Shown here: piece after piece, positions 54,143 to 62,906 of the stretch
How the letters are laid out: each line of letters opens with the position of its first letter
Position numbering within the stretch: the stretch's first letter is position 1
Program-made: the position numbers and the translations under genes
The notes under the pieces: model-generated
Told to the model about the DNA's origin: nothing
The model's input: only the letters and a program-made list of their open reading frames with translations
Database searches by the model: none
Assembly: GCA_964652955.1 (NCBI GenBank)
Contig: CAZZCF010000001.1
Coordinates: 12,555-76,554, forward strand
DNA: 64,000 nucleotides
Direction: 5' to 3'
Source: an uncultured Leptospirales bacterium
GTDB taxonomy: Bacteria > Spirochaetota > UBA4802 > JAKQUI01

Positions 54143-54670
54143 ATGAGCACCGAAACCATCATGTGGCTTCTCCCGATTGTATTCATGTTGCATGATTTCG
54201 AAGAGATAATCATGATGAAGCCCTGGATCGGAAGGGAGCAGGGGGCTCTCATGCAAAGGTTCCCCCGCTTCATGGGCAGGATCATTCCCCATGTTTCAAA
54301 GCTTTCGACCTCATCCTTCAGCTTCGCCGTGCTCTTCATGTTTGCCCTCATAACGGTGCTTACCCTCATCTCGGTGGAGTGTAAGCTGTATTCACTCTGG
54401 TCCGGCTTTCTAGTCGGCTTCGGACTGCATGCGATCATTCACATTATTCAGTTTATCGTATACCGGAAATATGTTCCGGTGATCATCACCTCGTTTCCGG
54501 CACTTCTCTATTCCCTCCTGGCATTCTATACGGTATATACCCGGCTGAATCTTGAGATAATGCCGATCCTTCTCTGGAGCATGATAGCCGTGACGCTCCT
54601 TCCGATAAGTGTCCTCGTTGCCCATTACCTCGCCGGCAGGTTCGAAACCTGGCTCTCGGGCAGGTTCTAA
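54143..54670 (+). CDS. HXXEE-domain membrane protein
   Basis: 'PIVFMLHDFEEIIMM' is the HXXEE motif; 5-6 TM helices. Confidence 0.6.
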   Translation: MSTETIMWLLPIVFMLHDFEEIIMMKPWIGREQGALMQRFPRFMGRIIPHVSKLSTSSFSFAVLFMFALITVLTLISVECKLYSLWSGFLVGFGLHAIIHIIQFIVYRKYVPVIITSFPALLYSLLAFYTVYTRLNLEIMPILLWSMIAVTLLPISVLVAHYLAGRFETWLSGRF

Positions 54671-54945
54671 AAGATACGTTGCAAGGTTGCGTTAATCTGC
54701 AAACCGATCCGCTCACTGTTATCACCACACATTTTCCTAAAAATTGGATTTCACGGCACTATTGAGATACATCGGTATTTCAGGGCGCTCTCCCGTTCTT
54801 TGCCCGAAACGCGAATATTTAAAAAAAATGAAACCGTTCAGTGATTCGCCGGGTTAATGATACAGAACATGGCGGGTGGCTGTTGCTGTCATTGCGTCAC
54901 CCTTTTCCATAACTTCACTGATATGATTCATTTCGCGGGAGGCTT

Positions 54946-55509
54946 TTGATGAAGAGAAATACGGTTCTGATTATCATCGGCGTCGTGATACTGGCCTTTG
55001 CGGCGGGCGTCTATGTGTTTTTTGAGTATAGCGATCCATCTCTGAGCCGGTCGTGGCTAGGCAGGAGATTCCATCCGCATCCGAAGGGTGAACTTTTTTT
55101 GAAGATGATGCGAAAAGATCTCGATCTCAACGACGAGCAGTACGAGAAATTTCATCAGATATACCTTCGGGATAAGGAGAAGATAAACTCGTACCGGAGC
55201 CGGATCATGGAGCTTATGGATCAGCTTGACACGGTCGTTCTTCGGGACGTCTTTGATGAGAAGAAGACCAGAGCAATACTTGAGAAGATCGACGCGATCA
55301 AGCGCGAGGAGAGGGTGCTCCATATAAAGAACAGATTCGAGATGCAGCAGTTTCTGACGCCGGCGCAGAAGGAGAAGATGGACCGGCGGCTCAGAGATAT
55401 GTTTCAGCGGCTCCGCAGGAGATTCGGGCCGCCGGACGAAAAGCCTCTCGGTCCGCCGGATGAAGGTCTCATGGGGCTGCCACCGGACAGGCCGGCAGTG
55501 CACCGATAA
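54946..55509 (+). CDS. Periplasmic Spy/CpxP-family (LTXXQ motif) protein
   Basis: Signal/TM anchor, then helical repeats with 'LNDEQYEKF' and 'FLTPAQKEKM' LTXXQ-type motifs; Pro-rich tail. Confidence 0.6.
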   Translation: MMKRNTVLIIIGVVILAFAAGVYVFFEYSDPSLSRSWLGRRFHPHPKGELFLKMMRKDLDLNDEQYEKFHQIYLRDKEKINSYRSRIMELMDQLDTVVLRDVFDEKKTRAILEKIDAIKREERVLHIKNRFEMQQFLTPAQKEKMDRRLRDMFQRLRRRFGPPDEKPLGPPDEGLMGLPPDRPAVHR

Positions 55510-55545
55510 GGAGCACGGCACAGACGATGGTTAAGGAATGCTTGT

Positions 55546-56064
55546 ATGAATGAGAAGGAATTCGTGCAGTTTGTCGAGGAGACCAAGGGAATCGTCCTTG
55601 CGGCGGTGAGAAAGTACCTGCCGGCCGACCTGTACCATTCGATCGATGATGTTGCGCAGGAGACCTATCTCAGAATTTACCGGAACATGAAGAAAGCCGC
55701 CTTTCCCGATGATGGCTCCCGCAACAACTGGATTTACACCATTGCGAAGAATGAATCGCTTCGGATGGTGGACAGATCGAACAGAGAGGATGTCAAGATA
55801 CGGCAGTTCATCGAGTCAATGGGTGCGGAGGTGCCGCTCGGCGAGGCGCTGACCGATGAAATTGTTATGATTCGGGAGGTGATCTCTTTGCTGCCGAACA
55901 GGTACCGTGTGGTCTTCGAGCTGCTGGTGATGGGATTTTCCGAGCGGCAGATTGCAGAGAAGCTCTCGATGAAGCGGGGGACCATCAGATCGAGAATACA
56001 TCGGGGGAAGGAGCTTATCTTCAGGAACCTCTCGGAGAAGGGGGTGCGATATGAGAGCTCGTGA
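55546..56064 (+). CDS. ECF-type RNA polymerase sigma factor
   Basis: Region 2 'DDVAQETYLRIYRNM' and region 4 'LLVMGFSERQIAEKLSMKRGTIRSRIHRGK'. Confidence 0.85.
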   Translation: MNEKEFVQFVEETKGIVLAAVRKYLPADLYHSIDDVAQETYLRIYRNMKKAAFPDDGSRNNWIYTIAKNESLRMVDRSNREDVKIRQFIESMGAEVPLGEALTDEIVMIREVISLLPNRYRVVFELLVMGFSERQIAEKLSMKRGTIRSRIHRGKELIFRNLSEKGVRYESS

Positions 56065-56383
56065 AACGAAAGAGATTTTCAACAGGGAAATAGACCGAAG
56101 ACTCGAGAATCCGCAGTGGAGCAGTGAGATCGGGTCACGGGTTATAACCCGGGTGCGACAGGAACGGAAGAGGAAGGTTGTTGATATCGCCTCAACCCTG
56201 TTTCCGGTTGCCGCAGCGGCAATGCTTGCAATAGTGCTTGTCTATCAGCTTGCTTATTCCCCTGTTGATGAGAGCATGGTTATTGCCGCAGACAACTCGA
56301 TGATAGTGGTACCGGAGGTTTCCGGGCTTGCCTACGATGAGGTTGATCAGCTCGTAAACTACGCTTCCTATCAGAACAGGTGA
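56051..56383 (+). CDS. Putative single-pass anti-sigma factor
   Basis: It overlaps the sigma gene stop; a basic cytoplasmic N-terminus is followed by one TM helix ('LFPVAAAAMLAIVLVY'). Assignment is by position. Confidence 0.45.
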   Translation: MRARETKEIFNREIDRRLENPQWSSEIGSRVITRVRQERKRKVVDIASTLFPVAAAAMLAIVLVYQLAYSPVDESMVIAADNSMIVVPEVSGLAYDEVDQLVNYASYQNR

Positions 56384-57210
56384 TTCATATGGTTAAAAAG
56401 CTAATGAGCGATTTTATGAAAGTGCATAAGCGAAATGCCGTCATTGCTGCAGGTATTGTCTCTGTTATCATCCTCATTGTCGTGATGGCTTTGCGCTCTC
56501 CCGTTGAGACGGTGAAGCCGCGTATCGGACCGGTTGTTGAAGCGGTCTACGCGCTCGGAACCGTGAAAACCGATAGATGGTACAATATTCGATTCGGCAT
56601 GAGCACCATCGTTCGAAAGCTGTATGTCGATGAGGGGCAGAGCGTCACGAAGGGAACCCCCCTCATCATGACCGATGCGCCCGTGGTGTTCGACGCTCCC
56701 TTTTCCGGTACGGTGACCTCGATTCCCTACCGGGAGGGGGAGATGGCGCCGGCAGGACAGGTCGTGCTGACCCTCTCGAGTCTGGAGAAGATGTATGTTC
56801 GCGTTTCACTCGATCAGGAGTCGATTATCAAAGTCAGAAAGGGGCAGCAGGCCGAGCTGAGCTTTGAGAACCTGAGAAATGTGCAGGTTGAGGGGACGGT
56901 GGAGAGCATCTATCCGTCGGGGAATGAATTCCTGGCTAAAATCGAGGTGAAGGAATTCCCCGAGGGAGTTCTCCCGGAAATGACCTGCGATGTCGCGATA
57001 AAGATTCGTCAAATCGAGAAGGCCGTCCTGATACCTGCAAGGTCGGTTGTACAGGGAAAGATTACCGTCATACGCAAAGGGGAGCAGAGGGAAATCCCCG
57101 TCGAGACGCGCCCCATCGATGAGCGCTGGACTGAGGTGCTGAACGATGCCGTTCAGCCGGCAGACCGGATTATCGTAAAGAGTAATTCTTCGGGGAAAAA
57201 AGGAAAATAG
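56380..57210 (+). CDS. Efflux periplasmic adaptor (membrane fusion protein, HlyD/MacA-like)
   Basis: N-terminal TM anchor, then biotinyl/lipoyl-like half-motifs and beta-barrel region typical of MFPs. Confidence 0.75.
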   Translation: MIHMVKKLMSDFMKVHKRNAVIAAGIVSVIILIVVMALRSPVETVKPRIGPVVEAVYALGTVKTDRWYNIRFGMSTIVRKLYVDEGQSVTKGTPLIMTDAPVVFDAPFSGTVTSIPYREGEMAPAGQVVLTLSSLEKMYVRVSLDQESIIKVRKGQQAELSFENLRNVQVEGTVESIYPSGNEFLAKIEVKEFPEGVLPEMTCDVAIKIRQIEKAVLIPARSVVQGKITVIRKGEQREIPVETRPIDERWTEVLNDAVQPADRIIVKSNSSGKKGK

Positions 57211-57289
57211 CACTGGTCGAAGGTACCCCTATAGGGCGACCGCAATTGCAGTGCATGGTAATTACAGAGCGTAACGGGAGCGTATTACA

Positions 57290-58522
57290 ATGTGGTTTGT
57301 GGCATTAAAGCACATATTTTCTCGAAAGAGCCAGACCCTGCTCACTTTTCTGGCAATCATGCTGGGCGCCGCGGGATATGTTATCTTTTCAGGCATACAG
57401 CTCGGCTTCCAGCAGTTCATGATTGACCGGCTCGTCGAGCGGAGCGGACATATCAGCATTACCGCTCGAAACGAGTTTATCACCACCGAAACTGTCAGGG
57501 GTCTCTTCTTCAAAGGCGCGCCGGTCAGATGGGTGAACAAGCCCTCGGGGAGAAGATTCTATACGGAGCTGACGAGCGCGAGCGAATGGTACCGCCGGCT
57601 GAAAGTGAACCGGGAGCTGGAAGCCTATGCGCCGCAGCTCACACAGGACGTGACGGTTAGCCACGGAACCTTCACTCAGAATGTGGCGCTCGTCGGAATC
57701 GATCCCGTCAGGCAGGCGATGGTGACAAATATTGAGGATGATATTACCGAAGGCACGCTCACCGCGCTCAACGGCGGCAATGCGCTGATACTCATCGGCG
57801 AGCGTCTGATGAAGTTCCTGGGGGCGAAGGTCGATGACAGTATTACCGTTTCACTGGCTGACGGCAGCGTTCTCCCGATGAAGATCATCGGAACTTTCGA
57901 TACCGGTGACCGGAGGGTCGACGAGCGAACGATATATGCCTCGCTGAGCTCGGTGCAGCATGCCACCGGCATGATAGGGAAGGTGACGAAGATTGTCATA
58001 AAGATAAATGACTTCGAGCGTGCGGCGGAGGTGGCAACTGACTGGAACCGGTTGAGCAGGGACACGGTGGAGAGCTGGGATCAGGCAAATGCGGATCGCC
58101 TCAGCATGATGAGCACACAGGACATGGTCAGAAATATCACCACCTTTGCCTTTATCGTGATAGTTGCCTTCGGCATCTACAACATTCTCAATATGGTGGT
58201 GAATCACAAGAAGCGCGATATAGCCATTCTCCGGTCGATCGGATACGATCAGGGAGATACGGTTTTTCTCTTTCTGGTCCAGGGTGTGCTGATCGGCATT
58301 GTTGGAGCGTTTACGGGGCTCCTCGTCGGCTATATTGGGTGCTCCTATATTGAAACGATAAAGTTACCCTTTGGACGGCTGCACATGATGATCTCCTGGG
58401 ATCCGCTGATTTATGTGAAGGGGTTCATTCTGGTGGTGGGCGCTTCCCTGATTGCGAGCTATTTCCCGGCACGCATGGCCGGCCGCCTCTCTCCTATCGA
58501 TATCATCAGGGGGACGATCTGA
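57290..58522 (+). CDS. ABC transporter permease (FtsX/MacB-LolE family)
   Basis: An N-terminal TM helix, a large periplasmic domain, then three C-terminal TM helices containing 'ILRSIGY', the FtsX-like signature. Confidence 0.85.
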   Translation: MWFVALKHIFSRKSQTLLTFLAIMLGAAGYVIFSGIQLGFQQFMIDRLVERSGHISITARNEFITTETVRGLFFKGAPVRWVNKPSGRRFYTELTSASEWYRRLKVNRELEAYAPQLTQDVTVSHGTFTQNVALVGIDPVRQAMVTNIEDDITEGTLTALNGGNALILIGERLMKFLGAKVDDSITVSLADGSVLPMKIIGTFDTGDRRVDERTIYASLSSVQHATGMIGKVTKIVIKINDFERAAEVATDWNRLSRDTVESWDQANADRLSMMSTQDMVRNITTFAFIVIVAFGIYNILNMVVNHKKRDIAILRSIGYDQGDTVFLFLVQGVLIGIVGAFTGLLVGYIGCSYIETIKLPFGRLHMMISWDPLIYVKGFILVVGASLIASYFPARMAGRLSPIDIIRGTI

Positions 58523-58524
58523 TC

Positions 58525-59208
58525 ATGAGATCAGTTGAATGCAATGAGATTGTCAAGTCCTTCGGGGAGCCGCCGCTCGTGGTCCTCAAGACCCTCTCCT
58601 TTACGGTTGAGCAGGGTGAGTTCGTGGGCATTACCGGCCGTTCGGGTTCGGGCAAATCGACCCTTCTCTACGTCGTCAGCGGTCTCGATGATCTCACCGC
58701 GGGCACCGTATACCTTTCGGGGAAGAATATACACGATATGGAGGAGGAAGAGCTTCACCGGTTCAGGAACAAGAACATGGGTTTCGTTTTCCAGTTCCAC
58801 TATCTCCTGCCCGAGCTCACCACGCTGGAGAACATCCTGATGCCGGCCCGCAAATTCGGTGAGGAGCAGAAACGGAAAGGCTATGCGGTTTCACTCATGG
58901 AGCAGTTCGATGTCATCCACTGCAAAGACAAGCTTCCCTCGCAGATGTCCGGAGGGGAGATGCAGCGCACGGCCATTGCCCGGTCGCTCGTCATGGAGCC
59001 GGAATTCCTCTTTATCGATGAGCCGACGGGGAATCTGGATTCGGAGAACGGAGAGAAGGTCATGCAAATCCTGGAGGAGGTGAACGAGGATCTCGGCACG
59101 ACGATACTCATGGTCACCCATGAGCAGGATTATGCCGAGCGGGCTTCGCGGCAGATTCATCTCCTGGATGGCATGATTGAAAAGGATACGATGAGGAAAA
59201 AACGATGA
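58525..59208 (+). CDS. ABC transporter ATP-binding protein (MacB/LolD type)
   Basis: Walker A 'GRSGSGKSTLL', ABC signature 'MSGGEMQR' and Walker B 'LFIDEPTGNLD'. Confidence 0.9.
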   Translation: MRSVECNEIVKSFGEPPLVVLKTLSFTVEQGEFVGITGRSGSGKSTLLYVVSGLDDLTAGTVYLSGKNIHDMEEEELHRFRNKNMGFVFQFHYLLPELTTLENILMPARKFGEEQKRKGYAVSLMEQFDVIHCKDKLPSQMSGGEMQRTAIARSLVMEPEFLFIDEPTGNLDSENGEKVMQILEEVNEDLGTTILMVTHEQDYAERASRQIHLLDGMIEKDTMRKKR

Positions 59209-60647
59209 AGAGACGGCATACCATTCCTGTCCGCTGTGTTATCATGATAGCGTTGTTCGCGTCCGCGCCGATCGGAGCGCAGGATCTGAAGGCTCCCGGA
59301 AAGAAAATTTCATACCGGGATTATATCGACACCATTACTCAGAAGCTTCCCGAGCTGAAGAGAAATGAAATTCAGGTTCAACGGGCGAAGAATACGCTCG
59401 ACGGGACAGAGAGCACCGAGGATACCTTCCTGGAGGGTGATGCGACCTATACGAGAACCAAGCAGTACTCGCGGAATCCCTTCTCCCGTACCGGCTATAC
59501 GAGCGAATATACGGCAAATCTCGGGATCGCCAGGAAGTTCAATCGAACGGGCACAACGCTCAGTACGGGGCTGTCCTATTATCAGCTCGATAACGATATC
59601 AATTATGAAGGAGCTGCGATACCGAATACCTATTATTATCCTTCGGTGTACCTGAAGTTTTCCCAGTCGCTTCTCAAGAATACCTTCGGCATTATCGATC
59701 GCTTTGCGAAAAACGATGCGGCGATGAAGCTCGAGATAGAGAAGCTTCGGAGAAGCGAATCGGACAAATCGGATATGAACTACTATCGCAAGCTCTATTT
59801 TGACTGGGTTGAATATCTCGAACAGCTGCGGCTCATTAACGAATCCATCAGGAACGCCCGGGCGCTCTCAAATCAGGTTTCTCGGCGCTTCAGATCGGGA
59901 CTGGCGGGTAACGATGACGTGCAGAGCGCCGCGGCACTGGTTCTGCAGTACCGGGCAACCTATGAGGAGGTGATGGCGTCACGGATTGCCCTCGAGCGGG
60001 AGCTTCAGCTCTTTTTCGATACGGCGCAGCGTCAACCCGAATCGAGCGAGTTCGACAGGCTCTATGCAATGGCGAGAGAAAAGGGCTACCCGCGAGTTCC
60101 CTTTGAGAAGACGAAGAGCGCCGAGATATACCGGCTCACGAAGAAGAATTATCGCTATGCGAAGGATGTCGCCGAGAACAGGCTCCTGCCGCAGCTCGAC
60201 CTGGTTGCGCAGGTGACACGGAAAGCACAGGACGATCAGTTCTCCACCGCGGCACGTGAGCTGAACGACACCGATTACTATATCGGATTCAGCATGAGCT
60301 ATCCGCTGGAGAATATCGAGAGCCGCAGTGCGGTGAAAGAGGCTGAGCTTTCCATACAGGAGATAAACAACGAGTTCAGCGTATCGAAAAACGGTTATCA
60401 TAAAAGCCTCGATTCGCTGATTGAGTATTCAAAGGGTGTCGAGCGGGTCATCGATTTGAAGGAAAAGAGGATAAAGACGCTCGAATCGAAATACAGGACT
60501 GAATTAAAAAAATATCAACAGACACGGCTTGATCTCCAGTTTCTCATCAATACCGCCAATGAGATCACCAGCGAGCAGATAGGCCTGCTGCAGTTGAAGA
60601 ATCAGATCATACGATACGCCATCGATTACGCTGATCTGACGAAATAA
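59205..60647 (+). CDS. TolC-family outer-membrane efflux protein
   Basis: Signal peptide, about 480 aa, two helical-repeat halves with coiled-coil heptads typical of outer-membrane factor proteins. It follows the MFP-permease-ATPase genes. Confidence 0.8.
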   Translation: MKRRHTIPVRCVIMIALFASAPIGAQDLKAPGKKISYRDYIDTITQKLPELKRNEIQVQRAKNTLDGTESTEDTFLEGDATYTRTKQYSRNPFSRTGYTSEYTANLGIARKFNRTGTTLSTGLSYYQLDNDINYEGAAIPNTYYYPSVYLKFSQSLLKNTFGIIDRFAKNDAAMKLEIEKLRRSESDKSDMNYYRKLYFDWVEYLEQLRLINESIRNARALSNQVSRRFRSGLAGNDDVQSAAALVLQYRATYEEVMASRIALERELQLFFDTAQRQPESSEFDRLYAMAREKGYPRVPFEKTKSAEIYRLTKKNYRYAKDVAENRLLPQLDLVAQVTRKAQDDQFSTAARELNDTDYYIGFSMSYPLENIESRSAVKEAELSIQEINNEFSVSKNGYHKSLDSLIEYSKGVERVIDLKEKRIKTLESKYRTELKKYQQTRLDLQFLINTANEITSEQIGLLQLKNQIIRYAIDYADLTK

Positions 60648-60751
60648 TGCAACCCCTTGAGCGAAGCCTACTTCACGGGGGTGATGATCATTTGGTATCT
60701 ATTGGCTGTGTCTGTATTGATGTGAATAATGCAGAACGTCAGGCACAAAAG

Positions 60752-60782
60752 ACAAAAAAAAAGGGGCTACAAACCCCTTTGG
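60752..60782 (-). terminator. Rho-independent terminator (hairpin AAAGGGG-CTACAAA-CCCCTTT followed by a T9 run on the minus strand); it may also serve the upstream plus-strand operon
   Basis: Read directly. On the minus strand the stem is followed by TTTTTTTTT, about 30 nt after the LCCL gene stop. Confidence 0.6.
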
Positions 60783-60810
60783 ATAATACCACTATTAAGC
60801 CAGCAAGAAA

Positions 60811-61194
60811 TTACTTAGAGACGGTAAAGGCTTTGTCCCCCCAGGAGCTGCTCCAGTCATTGGATTTCACTCCATTCCGCTCGCTCCCCTTGTATGAGGG
60901 AAGGCTTTTGGTGATGGTAATCGTTGCAATCCCGCCCTTATCGGCCGGCACAATTCCTGCGTGAACGGCAGCCAGGCAGACTGCTGAGTCCATCGTGTAG
61001 GTATCCGTTCCCCAGATTGAACCGGTCGTGCAATCAGCAGGACATTCAACCATGAATGATACGCCGATATCGGTTTTTTCCAGTTTCAGGTTTTCGATTT
61101 TATCTGCGCAGGTCGCCTTGATCCCCTTCTTGCAGCCGATTACAGATGCAATTGAAAAAAACACCAGAATAAGAATCACAACTTTATTTCTCAT
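60811..61194 (-). CDS. LCCL-domain lipoprotein
   Basis: Lipobox 'VIGCKK' and 'SIWGTDTYTMDSAVCLAAVHAGIV...GG', the LCCL signature. Confidence 0.7.
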   Translation of the reverse strand: MRNKVVILILVFFSIASVIGCKKGIKATCADKIENLKLEKTDIGVSFMVECPADCTTGSIWGTDTYTMDSAVCLAAVHAGIVPADKGGIATITITKSLPSYKGSERNGVKSNDWSSSWGDKAFTVSK

Positions 61195-61517
61195 AGCTCC
61201 CCCCCTAATTTTTTATTTACTGTTAGCATATACAAAGAACAGTGCTCTTTCAGCAAAATACGATAATAACAAAAAATTTTTTATTTGTCAATCAATATAT
61301 TTTCCTCCCTGTTGCGGAGAAGCTCAGTTCAAGAGGAATATCATCCAGGGGTCCTATGAGCATTTCCTCGCTCCTCGGGAAACGCTTTCAATACTACCCA
61401 TGCCACGATTGATCGCACAGGCAAGCTAAGCGCCGTTTTTCCTTTCCGCGAAATGCCCCTACGATGCCTGTTCCCGGGATGAGGTGATAAGAGTGCCATC
61501 GGTCTCTTGCCGGGCGC

Positions 61518-62585
61518 TCAGAGCCGCTCCTGTATGTACTTGGTGAGTATGTTTCGGGCGGGATCTGACATCTCCAGGAGGCGGAAGGTGTAGTACGAAA
61601 CGCTCTCCTCGGTGATGGTCCTGTCGGAGATGACCTTTGAGGTAATGTTTATCTTGAACTCCGAGAGCTCGAATTGCAGCGAGTAGCTCTTCTCGTAATC
61701 CAGCTTCTCTGCGACGCGCACTATCGCCTCGAACTCGTTCATCTTGTAAATAGTGCCGTTTATTTGTACAGCTTCACCGAGCCCGGCTTCCTCCTCCGCT
61801 TTGAGTTCGGTTATGATACATGAGATGATCGTATCGATGTAGGGATGGCGCTCCTCTTCACCACGGGTGAAGACATCGGGGAGGGGAATGCCTATCAATT
61901 TATTTTCAACAGTGGCAATGGCAGTATCAAAGGTATATTCGGCATCTCCCTTTCTCCAGAGATATACCCTGATCGGCTTACCGGCGAAGTCCCTATATTC
62001 GCCGGGATTGCGAAACAGCTTAACGGAGAGCATCTTGTCCTTATTCCCGATGACGCGGCCGATAAAGACATCATTCTCTTCGGTGAAGAAACAGAGGAGG
62101 ATGTCGGTCTCGAGATCGGTTAGGCGATCCAGCGTTTTTTTAACGCTCTTTCGGTGATAGAGCTTTTCATAGGTTTTAATGATGTCGATGCTTATCTGAT
62201 GGAGTGATTCCTGCAGCTCTTCCTGCTCACGCAGAAACGGTAAAAAGCTTCCCAGGGATAATTCAAAGAGATCCGGATTCTGCAGGATATTAATGGAATC
62301 CTTGAGTTTCAGCATATTTGCCAATCCGTTCAGAATCTTGATCTGGTAATTGGAGAGCCCGAGCTGCTTCGTCTTGAAGAGGAAGAGCTGTTCTGCATGC
62401 ATCTTCTTCTTTTGCAGGTAGTGATTGTACCTGAACAGTATGAGAAAGGCGAGCACAAGGAGTACTACCAGGATGATGAGCACCATTTCGATTGCAGAGG
62501 GAACAGGCCATTTCACACCCCATACCGTTTCTATCATGATGAGGCACTCCTGCTTTTTTTTACGCCCGCAGGTGCCGTGTAGCAA
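61518..62585 (-). CDS. Membrane-anchored protein with YcgR/PilZ-like C-terminal region (weak)
   Basis: One TM helix ('MVLIILVVLLVLAFLILF'), then a beta-rich region loosely resembling YcgR-N plus PilZ; the RxxxR / DxSxxG motifs are not canonical. Start is uncertain. Confidence 0.35.
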   Translation of the reverse strand: MLHGTCGRKKKQECLIMIETVWGVKWPVPSAIEMVLIILVVLLVLAFLILFRYNHYLQKKKMHAEQLFLFKTKQLGLSNYQIKILNGLANMLKLKDSINILQNPDLFELSLGSFLPFLREQEELQESLHQISIDIIKTYEKLYHRKSVKKTLDRLTDLETDILLCFFTEENDVFIGRVIGNKDKMLSVKLFRNPGEYRDFAGKPIRVYLWRKGDAEYTFDTAIATVENKLIGIPLPDVFTRGEEERHPYIDTIISCIITELKAEEEAGLGEAVQINGTIYKMNEFEAIVRVAEKLDYEKSYSLQFELSEFKINITSKVISDRTITEESVSYYTFRLLEMSDPARNILTKYIQERL

Positions 62586-62906
62586 TCGATTTATTGAACC
62601 TGTCGACGCAGGTGGGTACCTTCATGATAAGCTTCAACCTTCTTCTGCCGAGGAAGCTTGATCTCCACTTTCAGATTCAGGTTCCCTTCATTTTTGCTGT
62701 TGGCTCAAAAATGCAAAATACTATCACGTGCACTGCAGGCTGTTTGATAAGATAACAAAACAGGGTGAATAAAAGCAATTAAAAAATAAATTTTATCGAT
62801 GGAATCACGATTGAGGAGGGCTAAAAAAAGGTGGACAGACGCCGTTGCGCACTGTAGGGTACCTTGCCGCGGATATATACGGATATATTTGTACGGGAGT
62901 ATTTAG

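Noticed and set aside
60647-60964. 105-aa plus-strand ORF after tolC
   Set aside because: It spans a terminator hairpin and is antisense to the LCCL gene, with no support.
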